Shown here: piece after piece, positions 1 through 10,319 of the stretch | How positions within the stretch are numbered: the first letter of the stretch is position 1 | How the letters are laid out: each line of letters opens with the position of its first letter | Notes under the pieces: generated by a model | Database searches by the model: none | What the model was told of the DNA's origin: nothing | Seen by the model: the letters and a program-made list of their open reading frames with translations, nothing else | Translations under genes and position numbers: made by a program | Assembly: GCA_963422265.1 (NCBI GenBank) | Contig: OY729416.1 | Location: 864,001-928,000, forward strand | Length of the DNA: 64,000 nt | Source of the DNA: Thermodesulfobacteriota bacterium | GTDB taxonomy: Bacteria > Desulfobacterota_D > UBA1144 > Nemesobacterales > UBA2774 | Direction: 5' to 3'

Positions 1-3000
1 CCCAGTCCACCGCTTGATCTGATACCGCCCGATGGCAGCGTTATTCGGATTATCCCAGGTCAACTTCACCTGTCCGTCTTCCCCAACCGCACTGACGACA
101 GGCTTGACCGGGGTCGCCGCGGATATCACTACTATAGTACTCGACCGCCCAGGAACAGAACCTGCCACCGCACGAATGCGGTAGTTGTACCGAAGGCTGT
201 TGATCAAACCCGTTACCATGTAGCGGGTGGTGTCTTTATCACTGGGATCAATGTCGGCCCAATCACTCCAATCACTGATAATTTGTCCTGGACTGCTCCT
301 TAGCACAGACTGCCACTGCACCTGATACTTCGTGACGTAGGGGTTGCCAGGATTGTTCCAACTTAACGTCGCCTGTCCATCGCCTGTTACCGACTTGAGT
401 CCAAGAGGTCTACCTGGCGTCGGCATCACAGGCGTGGCACTGATGACGTCAGACTCTGTCCCCACAATGCTGCCGGCGCTGCCGGCCACCCCACGAATAC
501 GGAAACTATACCTAACGCTATTGGTAAGACCCTTCACCGTGTAGTCAACGAACGTGCCTGTTCTGGTCACTTTTATGTTAGCTGGAATGTCTGCCCAATT
601 CCCAGTCTCGCTACTCCCAGTCCACTGCTTCATCTGATACTGCCAGATGGTAGCGCCTTTCGGATTATCCCAGCTTAACGTCACCTGTCCGTTCCCTGCC
701 CTCACACTGATTTCAGTAGGCTTGGCAGGCGGTGCCACAGGAGTCGCACCGATGGAGCTGGATTTAAGCCCGTTAACGGGGCCTGTCACTGCACGGACGC
801 GGAATCTATACAGAACGCCGCTGGTAAGACCATCCACCACGTGGCTGGTGGTGCTCGCACCACTCCCCGGTATGGTGGACCAAGGACCAAAATTCTCGAG
901 AAATTCATCCTGGGGTCCATGTTTCACGGCCATTCGATCGATCTGATACCTTGTGATGGCGGCGTTCTTCGGGTCATCCCAACTCAACGTTACCTCACCG
1001 TTGCCCGCCGCTGCCTTGAGTCCGGTGGGCTTGTGCGGCGGCGTGGAGCCGGCGGTGTCGTCATCGGTGTTGGTCACCGATACGTCCGCTGGGTCAATGC
1101 CGTGGTAGTTGGTATCAGTGCTGACGACCTTGGCCAGTACGATGTTATAGGCTCGATCCCCGTCAACCAGGCTGTCATCCTGACCGGTGACGGTGACGGT
1201 CTGTACCGTATCCCAGTTGGCTGCGGTGAAGACCAGGCTGCTCTTGTCAACCGTACCTTCACTGATGTCGGAACTGGATACGGCGATTCTGACACCCTCT
1301 AACGGCTCGGTGTTCAGCACGACCGTGAAGGTGTCGGTGCCGCCGGCTTCGGTGGTGGCAGTGCTGTCACCGGTCTCGGTGACGGTGACGCCGGCGGTGT
1401 CGTTGTCGTTATATAGCACTGTTATATTAGTGTTCTGCTGAGAACTGTAGCCACCACCGGTCGGCAAATGCCAGACAAGAATGGTACGTTGATCGCCATT
1501 ATCGACCTGGTTATCCAAGACGGTGATGGTGACCCTCTGCGGGGTATTCCAGTCGCTGGTGGTAAAAGTCAGGGAGGCCGGGGAGACGGTGATTTCATCA
1601 GGGAAATTATTACGGACTGTTACGGTCACGTCCGCAATTGGTGCTCCATTCAGTTTCACGGTGTAGCTGCCTGTGTTCGGCCGTCCTCCGAGTCCACCTT
1701 CTGCCAGAGACAGACTGGATGTGGAAAATGTGAAGCTGGTGTCGTCATCGGTCAGGGTGACGGCGACGCTGGGAATGACCACTGCGTTGTAGCCGCCGCC
1801 AGAGGCTGCATGGGTGATGGTGGTGCTTCTATCAGCAACGGTGCTGTCATCGATACCGGTGACGGTGACTTGCTGTGCGGTATTCCAGTCGCTGGTGGTA
1901 AAGGTCAGGGAGGCCGGGGAGACTCTGGCCACGCTGGTATCGCCGCTGGTGGGGGTGACGGTGACTTCGCCCGAGTGTTGGGCATCCAATACCACAGTGT
2001 AGGTAGCGGTATTACTGTTGCCACTGGCTTCGGTGACGGTGACCGCAGTCTTGGATAAGGTGACGCCGGCGTCATCATCGGTGTTGGTCACCGATACGTC
2101 CGCTGGGTCAATGCCGTGGTAGTTGGTATCAGTGCTGACGACCTTGGCCAGTACGATGTTATAGGCTCGATCCCCGTCAACCAGGCTGTCATCCTGACCG
2201 GTGACGGTGACGGTCTGTACCGTATCCCAGTTGGAATCGGTGAAGACCAGGCTGCTCTTGTCAACCGTACCTTCACTGATGTCGGAACTGGATACGGCGA
2301 TTCTGACACCCTCTAACGGCTTGGTGTTCAGCACGACCGTGAAGGTGTCGGTGCCGCCGGCTTCGGTGGTGACGGTGCTGCCCCACCGGTCTCGGTGATG
2401 GTGATACCGGCGGTGTCGTTGTCTTTATATCGCACTGTTATATTAGTGTTCTGCTGAGAACCGTAGCCACCACCGGACGGCAAATGCCAGACAAAAATGG
2501 TACGTTGATCGCCATTATCGACCTGGTTATCCAAGACGGTGACGGTTACCTCTTGCGGTTGGTCCCAGTCGCTGGTGGTAAAGGTCAGGGAGGCCGGGGA
2601 GACGGTGATTTCATCAGGTAAATTATTACGGACTGTTACGGTCACGTCCGCAGTTGGTGCTCCATTCAGTTTCACGGTGTAGCTGCCTGTGTTCGACAGT
2701 CCTCCGAGTCCAGCAGTTTCTGCCAGAGACAGACTGGATGTGGAAAATGTGAAGCTGGTGTCGTCATCGGTCAGGGTGACACTGACTACTGGGAATGCCA
2801 CTGCGTTGTAGCCGCCGCCAGTGGCTGCATGGGTGATGGTGGTGCTTCTATCAGCAACGGTGCTGTCATCGATACCGGTGACGGTGACTTGCTGTGCGGT
2901 ATTCCAGTCGCTGGTGGTAAAGGTCAGGGAGGCCGGGGAGACTCTGGCCACGCTGGTATCGCCGCTGGTGGGGGTGACGGTGACTTCGCCCGAGGGTTGG

Positions 3001-6000
3001 GCATCCAATACCACAGTGTAGGTGGCGGTATTACTGTTGCCACTGGCTTCGGTTACGGTGACACTGCTCTTGGACACAGTGACGCCGGCGTCATCATCGG
3101 TGTTGGTCACCGATACGTCCGCTGGGTCAATGCCGTGGTAGTTGGTATCAGGTGCTGACGACCTTGGCCAGTACGATGTTATAGGGTCGATCCCCGTCGA
3201 CCAGGTTGTCATCCACGCCGGTGACGGTGACCGTCTGTGCCGTACTCCAGTTGGAATCGGTGAAGACTAAGCTGCTCTTGTTAACCGTACCTTCAGTGAT
3301 GTCGGAACTGGAGACGGCGATGCGGACATTCGCTAACGGCTCGGTGTCCAGCACGACCGTGAAGGTGTCGGTGCTGCCGGCTTCGGTGGTGGCGGTGCTG
3401 CCATCGGTCTCGGCGACGGTGACGCCGGCGGTGTCGTTGTCGTTATATCGCACTGTTATATTAGTGTTCTGCTGAGAACCGTAGCCACCACCGGTCGGCA
3501 AATGCCAGACAAAAATGGTACGTTGATCGCCATTATCGACCTGGTTATTCAAGACGGTGACGGTGACTTGCTGTGCGGTATTCCAGTCGCTGGTGGTAAA
3601 GGTCAGGGAGGCCGGGGAGACGGTGATTTCATCAGGGAAATTATTACGGACTGTTACGGTCACGTCCGCATTTGGTCGTTCATTCAGTTTCACGGTGTAG
3701 CTGCCTGTGCTCGGCCGTCCTCCGAGTCCACCTTCTGCCAGAGACAGACTGGATGTGGAAAATGTGAAGCTGGTGTCGTCATCGGTGTTGGTCACCGACA
3801 CGTCCGATGGGTCAATGCCGTTGTAGTTGCCGTCGCTGCTGACGGCCGCGGCCAGTACGATTTTATAGGATTTATCCCCATCGACCAGGCTGTCATCGAT
3901 ACCGGTGACGGTGACCGTCTGTGGGGTATCCCAGTTGTCTCTGGTGAAGACCAGGCTGATCCTGTTAACTCTACCTTCAGTGGTGTCGGAACTGGATACG
4001 GCGATAGTGACGTCAGATACCGGTTGGGTGTCCAGTACGACGTTGATGGTGTCGGTGCCGCCGGCTTCGGTGGTGGCGGTGCTGTCATCGGTCTCGGTGA
4101 CGGTGACGCCGGCGGTGTCGTCATCGGCGTTGGTCACCGACACGTCCGGTGGGTCAATGGCGTCCGCTCGGTTCGCTCGGGTGGTGCCGCCGTATTGAGG
4201 GTCGGCACTGAGGGCCTTGGCCAGTACGATGTTATAGGATTTATCCCCGTCGGCCAGGTTGTCATCCTGACCGGTGACGGTGACCGTCTGTGCCGTACTC
4301 CAGTTGGCTGCGGTGAAGAGTAAGCTGCTCTTGTCAACCGTACCTTCACTGATGTCGGAACTGGATACGGCGATTCTGACACCCTCTAACGGCTCGGTGT
4401 TCAGCACGACCGTGAAGGTGTCGGTGCCGCCGGCTTCGGTGGTGGCAGTGCTGCCACCGGTCTCGGACACGGTGACGCCGGCAGTATCGTTATCGGTCAG
4501 GGTGACACTTACGCTGGAGATGCTCACGCTATCATACCCACCACCACTGGCGCTGTGGCTGATGGTCGTGGTCAGATCCGCACTATCTATGGCATCGTCC
4601 ACCCCCGTCACGGTCACCGCCTGCGCGGTGTTCCAATTGCTCGTGGTAAACGTCAGGGTCGCCGGCGACACGTTGGCCACGCCGGTATCACTGCTGGTGG
4701 GGGTGACGGTGACGGTGTCCGAGGGTTGGGCGTCCAGTACCACAGTGTAGGTGTTGGTGCGCTCGGCGCTGGCTTCGGTGACGGTGACACTGCTCTCGGA
4801 TAACGTGACGCCGGCGTCATCATCGGTGTTGGTCACCGACACGTCCGGTGGGTCAATGGCGCTGTAGTTACCGTCGCTGCTGACGGCCTTGGTCAGTACA
4901 ATGTTATAGAGTTGATCCCCGTCGGCCAGGCTGTCATCCTGACCGGTGACGGTGATGGTCTGTGCCTTATTCCAGTTGGCTGAGGTGAAGACCAGGATGT
5001 TCTTGTCAACCGTACCTTCACTGGGGTCGGAACTGGATACGGCGATAGCGACTTTAAATCCCGGCTCGGTGTCCAGTACGACGTTGATGGTGTCGGTGCC
5101 GCCGGCTTCGGTGGTGGCGGTGCTGCCATCGGTCGCGGTGACGGTGACGCCGGCGGTGTCGTCATCGGTCAGGGTGACACTTACGCTGGTGATGCTCACG
5201 CTATCATACCCACCACCACTGGCGCTGTGGCTGATGGTCGTGGTCAGATCCGCACTATCTATGGCATCGTCCACCCCCGTCACGGTCACCGCCTGCGCGG
5301 TGTTCCAATTGCTCGTGGTAAACGTCAGGGTCGCCGGCGACACGTTGGCCACGCCGGTATCACTGCTGGTGGGGGTGACGGTGACGGTGTCCGAGGGTTT
5401 GGTGTTGAGTTTTACGGTGTAGGTGGCGGTGCGCCCGGCACTGGCTTCGGTGACCGTGACACTGGCTTTGGATAAGGTGACGCTGGCAGTGTCGTCATCG
5501 GTCAGGGTTACACTGACGTTGGAAACACTCACTAAACCGTAGCCACCACCACTGATTGCATGGGTGATGGTGGTACTTCTATCCCGATCGGTGTTGTCGT
5601 CCACCCCCGTCACGGTCACCGCCTGCGCGGTGTTCCAACTGCTCGTGGTAAACGTCAGGGAGGCCGGCGACACGGTAGCCACGCCAGTATCACTGCTGGC
5701 AGGCGTGATGGTCACATCGCCATCCGGCTGGACATCGAGCACTAGGGTGTAGGTCGTGCTGCGCCCACTACCAATGGCTTCGGTGACGGTGACACTGGTT
5801 TTGGATAAGGTGACGCCGCGGTCATCATCGGTCAGCGTGACACTGACGCTGCGGATGACCACTGAGTCGTAGCCGCCGCCAGAGGCTGTATGGGTGATGG
5901 TGGTACTTCTATCCCCATCGCTGCTGTCGTCCACGCCGGTGACGGTGACTTGCTGTGCCTTATTCCAGTTGGAACTGGTAAACGTCAGGGAGGCCGGTAA

Positions 6001-7257
6001 TACAGTGGCCACGCCGGTATTCCAGCTGATGGGTTTGACGGTGACGTTGCCCGAGGGCTGGGTGTTGAGTTTTACGGTGTAGGTAGCGGTATTACTGCTG
6101 CCACTGGCTTCGGTGACGGTGACACTGGTTTTGGATAAGGTGACGCCGACGGTGTCGTCATCGGTCAGGGTTACACTGACGTTGGAAACACTCACTAAAC
6201 CGTAGCCACCACCACTGACTTTATGGGTGATGGTGGTACTTCTATCCTTATCGCTGCTGTCGTCCACGCCGGTGACGGTGACTTGCTGTGCCTTATTCCA
6301 GTTGGAACTGGTAAACGTCAGGGAGGCCGGTAATACGGTGGCCACGCCGGTATTCCAGCTGATGGGTTTGACGGTGACGTTGCCCGAGGGCTGGGTGTTG
6401 AGTTTTACGGTGTAGGTGGCGGTGCGCCCGGTACCGGGAGCTTCGGTGACGGTGACACGGCTCTTGGATAACGTGACGCCGACGGTGTCGTTGTCAGTGT
6501 TGGTCACCGATACGTCCGATGGGTCAATGCCGTTGTAGGGGCCGTCTCTGCTGACGGCCGCGGCCAGTACGATGTTATAGGATTTATCCCCGTCGACCAC
6601 GTGGTCATCTACCCCGGTGACGGTGATGGTCTTTGCCTTATTCCAGTTGGCTGCGGTGAAGGTCAGGGAGACCGGGGCTACCGTACCTTCAGTGGTGTCG
6701 GAACTGGATACGGCGATAGTGACGTTAGATGTCGGTTGGGTGTCCAGTACGACGTTGATGGTGTCGGTACCGCCGGCTTCGGTGGTGGCGGTGCTGCCAG
6801 CGGTCTGGGTGACGGTGACGCCGGCGGTGTCGTTGTCGCTATATTGCACTCGTAAACTGGTTGAATGCTGACTATTGTAGCCACCGCCGCGCGGAACAAA
6901 ATCAACGTTCATCGTAGGTTGCGAGCCATGATCGGTTACGTCCTCCACGATGATGATGGTTGCGCGCTTCGGTTTGTTCCAGTTGCCAGGGGTGAAGGTC
7001 ATGGAGAGCGGTGTCACATAAACTTGATTTCTATCAGGGCTACGGAGCGATACGGTCACGTTTCCAGTCGGTTGGGTGTTGAGCACCACGGTGACGGTGG
7101 CACTGTTCCTGGGACCGCCAGCTTCAGTGAGGCTGAGGGATGTTCGGGATAAGGTGATGCCGGCGGAAGTCTGTGCAGCAACCGGCAGGACACAGATGAT
7201 AAAGAAGATCAGTCCGAGGGTGGCGGCGAGGTGCCAATGGTGTTGACGAGGTTTCAC
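1..7257 (-). CDS. Giant repetitive secreted/surface protein (18 Calx-beta-like Ig modules then at least 4 fibronectin type III domains). Interrupted by 2 frameshifts and truncated by the window edge
   Basis: ORF 3148..7257 has a signal peptide (LAATLGLIFFIICVLPVAA-Q) and ~110-aa repeats with LTFT..NWN.AQ.VTVTG.DD and ...TDDD. It continues in 2328..3212 after an extra G at ~3151 and returns to the first frame after two extra C at ~2381-2384. Stretches I translated in that frame near 781-960 and 1-60 give FN3 motifs (VVDGLTSGVLYRFRVRAV, TWDNPNN...YQI). The frame appears open to position 1. Confidence 0.85.
1055..7170 (-). repeat. Intragenic tandem module repeats (three module types, order A-B-C-C-C-C-B-C-B-B-A-B-C-A-B-C-A-B)
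   Basis: Near-identical DNA copies offset by 333 bp (5894/6227), 672 bp (4555/5227) and 1014 bp (1074/2088), visible from duplicated shadow ORFs and direct comparison. Confidence 0.9.
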
Positions 7258-7283
7258 GACGTTGGCCTGCCGAACAGGAATTT

Positions 7284-7322
<39 letters not shown>

Positions 7323-7355
7323 AACTTTTATAATCATAATACCTTCATACCTTCC

Positions 7356-7384
7356 ACTTTAATAACTTCCTAAGTTTTTGTCAA
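7356..7384 (-). promoter_or_regulatory. Putative sigma70 promoter facing the poly-C tract and giant gene
   Basis: TTGACA (7384-7379), 17 nt, TAAAGT (7361-7356), followed by AAGGT and an ATG at 7337. Confidence 0.55.
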
Positions 7385-7405
7385 CAGGACACCCCCTTTT
7401 CTAAA

Positions 7406-7484
7406 TGGGGTGCGTGACCGGACTTGAACCGGCGGCCTCTGGGGCCACAACCCAGTGCTCTAACCAGGCTGAGCTACACGCACC
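7406..7484 (-). tRNA. tRNA-His(GTG)
   Basis: Cloverleaf with anticodon arm CTGGG-TTGTGGC-CCCAG, G-1, C discriminator and encoded CCA. Confidence 0.95.
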
Positions 7485-7552
7485 ACTAATTTAACATAAC
7501 TTATCACAGGGTCTAAATACTAACACACAAACAACAAGAGACAAATAAGGAA

Positions 7553-7626
<74 letters not shown>

Positions 7627-7642
7627 ACGGAAAGAGCCAAAA

Positions 7643-8146
7643 TCAGAATCGTGGGGTGTATGCCAAGTTCTGAAGCCAGAAGTCTATTACGTATTCAACG
7701 CGTGGAAGTAGCATATTACTACGATACTTATCCAAATCAGGCAAGTGCACCCAACGGCATTCTATTATACCTTCTTCTATTTGAGGCGATACGTCAGCGT
7801 CATTACCTTTGTAATGAACCAAAAACCAATGTGTTTTCTTCATATATTTCGTCTTTCTGTGTCTAGTAGTATGCCAGGTGGAAACTAGCTTACCCTTAAT
7901 AGTAAGCTGGTTTTTACCCAACCCGGTCTCTTCGCTAATTTCCCGTAGAGCAGTCTTAACCGCGTCGGAATCGTTATCAAAACGACCCTTTGGTAAATCC
8001 CACGTGCCACGCTTAAATATAAGAAGTATATGATAATTATCATTATAGACCAAGCCACCAGCTGATTTAACCGTGGGCAAGTCCAACGTTTTCTGCAAGG
8101 TAAATTCTTGATCCATAGCCTTATCTATTGAGCTTTTCTCCTCCAT
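7643..8146 (-). CDS. NUDIX hydrolase (Ap4A-hydrolase-like)
   Basis: AGGLV...WDLPKG..D......[11 protein letters not shown] Nudix box. Confidence 0.85.
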   Translation of the reverse strand: MEEKSSIDKAMDQEFTLQKTLDLPTVKSAGGLVYNDNYHILLIFKRGTWDLPKGRFDNDSDAVKTALREISEETGLGKNQLTIKGKLVSTWHTTRHRKTKYMKKTHWFLVHYKGNDADVSPQIEEGIIECRWVHLPDLDKYRSNMLLPRVEYVIDFWLQNLAYTPRF

Positions 8147-8999
8147 GCGGTGCTTTTTGATGATCAGTTATTTCTTTTAGCCCCGAGTGCTGAAGCTTAT
8201 TATTACCGTTAAAAGACACCCCATTCACCTCTATATTATACTTGTCAGTTGTATCCTCTCCAGTTAAAGGAATAAACTTTTTGTTTCCAACAGACTTGAC
8301 AACATATAGCATACAAGTAAGCCTCGATTCTTTTCTTGAATTTGAATTTATAACTACCCACGGCGATTTCTTAGAGGCAGTATATGCAAACATTTGCTCT
8401 TTATACTTTGTAAAGGTCTCCCACTTTTTTCTAGCGTGGAAATCGTTTTCTGAAAATTTCCAAAACTTGAGCGGATTGGACAACCTTTCCTGAAAGCGGT
8501 ATAACTGGTTTTCTGGATCAACGGATAAATAGAATTTCACCAGCATCAAGCCGTCATCAATGAGTTTATGCTCCCATTCTAAAACCTTGTGCATAAAGTA
8601 TTCATACTGAGCCTGCGTGCAATAACCCATAGTCGGTTCAATGAGGGAGCGGTTATACCAAGAACGATCAAAGAAAACGGTTTCACCCGGTTTGGGCAGG
8701 TGTTTTTCGTAACGATGAAACCAGTACTTAGACTCCTTTGGCGTTGGAACGCCCAAATCGACGGTACGGTAATACTTAGGCATTAAATTCTGCGTGAACC
8801 GCAAAATCGTAGAACCTTTACCCGCGGCGTCCCTGCCGTCAAACATTACACATAGGCGCTGTTCTAGCTTCACCACTTTTTGTTGAATAGTAAGAAGCTC
8901 TAACTGCAACCTGCGCTTCTCTATATGATAATCCTTTAGGCTAACTCCAGCGTACGGATTCTCAATATCCTCAGCTTTACTATCTGTAAGCTTCCTCAT
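8121..8999 (-). CDS. ppk2: Polyphosphate kinase 2
   Basis: GRDAAGKG Walker A, FDRSWYNR, NPLKFWKFS motifs. Start moved to the ATG at 8999, which follows GGAGG. Confidence 0.92.
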   Translation of the reverse strand: MRKLTDSKAEDIENPYAGVSLKDYHIEKRRLQLELLTIQQKVVKLEQRLCVMFDGRDAAGKGSTILRFTQNLMPKYYRTVDLGVPTPKESKYWFHRYEKHLPKPGETVFFDRSWYNRSLIEPTMGYCTQAQYEYFMHKVLEWEHKLIDDGLMLVKFYLSVDPENQLYRFQERLSNPLKFWKFSENDFHARKKWETFTKYKEQMFAYTASKKSPWVVINSNSRKESRLTCMLYVVKSVGNKKFIPLTGEDTTDKYNIEVNGVSFNGNNKLQHSGLKEITDHQKAPHGGEKLNR

Positions 9000-9130
9000 T
9001 ATTGGATATTCCCTCCGAATTATGATCTGCACCATTACTTCGGAAGAACAATAGATTATAAGCTACGCTACTAAAACTCAAAAAATCATCATTCTTATCA
9101 AGATCAGGCTAATCAAGATTGGGCTAATGA

Positions 9131-9207
9131 TGGTCGGGGTGAGAGGGCTCGAACCTCCGACCTCGGCGTCCCAAGCGCCGCGCGCTCCCAAACTGCGCTA
9201 CACCCCG
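9131..9207 (-). tRNA. tRNA-Pro(TGG)
   Basis: CGGGGTG acceptor stem, anticodon arm CGGCG-CTTGGGA-CGCCG, ends ACCA. Confidence 0.95.
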
Positions 9208-9317
9208 ACTCAAATCTGGACGACCATAATAATCCTAACTTAAAAAACGACGGAACGTTACGCCTGCCTTTTCTGAAGCTAAAACCTTAAATATGTACCG
9301 TAAAGTGAGTAGAAGAA

Positions 9318-9623
9318 TTACCCTAAATATTTGTCATATACGTCTTTTGCCCAGAATATTTCAGTTCCCGAAGAAAGAAGTGCAGTTTCCATAATGGTCT
9401 CTGCAATTTCCGCCTTGCTTATTTTGAGAGCGAGCGCCTTCTTTATCCTCGACTCAACGCAGTGGGGACACCTGCCGTGCACGGCTACGGCTATAGCTAT
9501 CAAAGCTTTTGTCCTAGGATCAAGCTTTGTTTCCCCTTCAACCGCCTTGTAAAATGACCACCAACCCTCCGCCATCTCTGGGGCATGCTTCTCAAACCAC
9601 CTTTGATCTTCTGCCACTTTCAA
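9318..9623 (-). CDS. Carboxymuconolactone decarboxylase/AhpD-like protein
   Basis: LD.RTKALIAIAVAV...CPHC motif. TTG start after AGGAGG. Confidence 0.85.
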   Translation of the reverse strand: MKVAEDQRWFEKHAPEMAEGWWSFYKAVEGETKLDPRTKALIAIAVAVHGRCPHCVESRIKKALALKISKAEIAETIMETALLSSGTEIFWAKDVYDKYLG

Positions 9624-9764
9624 TACCTCCTTTCATAGGTCCGACACGTGCACCCTTGAGAAAATGGGGACGCGCGACCCAATATGTTTATTGTAGAGTT
9701 TAATCGGCTTAACAAGTTACGATACATGCTAAGATAGAATAAATAAAGTCAGATTCTCGCCTTT

Positions 9765-10310
9765 TTATCCCTCTTCCTTTATTTTCATGCTCCGCGCATA
9801 TAGCCCTCTTCCAGAGCCTACTTTATAGGCCGAATATCCAATTGGGTTTTTCTGATAATATTTTTGATGATAGCCCTCTGCGGGATAGAACTCCATCGCC
9901 GATCTAATCTCAGTTACGATTAGAGATTTATACCTGCCGGATTTGCTAAGGCTCGCCTTCGATCGCTCGGCAGCGTTCTTCTGATGGTCGTCGTGATAGA
10001 AAATAGCAGTTCTATAATGACCTCCTCTGTCCACAAACTGACCTCCGCCATCAGTAGGATCAATGTTGAGCCAAAAGACGTCGAGCAGTTGCTCATACGA
10101 GATTATAGACGTATCATAGATAATCTCAATTGATTCCAAGTGGTCCGTCATACCACGGCATACCTCGTGATACGTAGGATTGTTTTCCGTTCCACCCGTA
10201 TAGCCGACGGTGGTTGAAATTACGCCGCTCAAGTCATCGAATGGAGGCTGCATACACCAAAAGCATCCACCAGAGAAAGTTGCTTTCTTGTGCTTATTAT
10301 TTGTCAGCAT
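9765..10310 (-). CDS. msrA: Peptide methionine sulfoxide reductase A
   Basis: GGCFWC, GYTGG, PTY.EVC, FYPAE.YHQKYY. Confidence 0.95.
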   Translation of the reverse strand: MLTNNKHKKATFSGGCFWCMQPPFDDLSGVISTTVGYTGGTENNPTYHEVCRGMTDHLESIEIIYDTSIISYEQLLDVFWLNIDPTDGGGQFVDRGGHYRTAIFYHDDHQKNAAERSKASLSKSGRYKSLIVTEIRSAMEFYPAEGYHQKYYQKNPIGYSAYKVGSGRGLYARSMKIKEEG

Positions 10311-10319
10311 AAGCGATTA

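Noticed and set aside
1055-6480. Near-identical repeats as a DGR template/variable pair or a CRISPR array
   Set aside because: No reverse transcriptase or cas gene in the window, differences are not adenine-specific, and the repeats are coding modules of 330-1000 bp without spacers.
344-7152. Many plus-strand and alternative-frame ORFs over the giant gene
   Set aside because: Shadow ORFs produced by the repetitive GC-rich Thr/Val/Asp codons. They repeat with the same period as the real gene.
9630-9682. GC-rich possible stem-loop upstream of the CMD/AhpD gene
   Set aside because: Pairing is imperfect and matches no RNA family I recognise.
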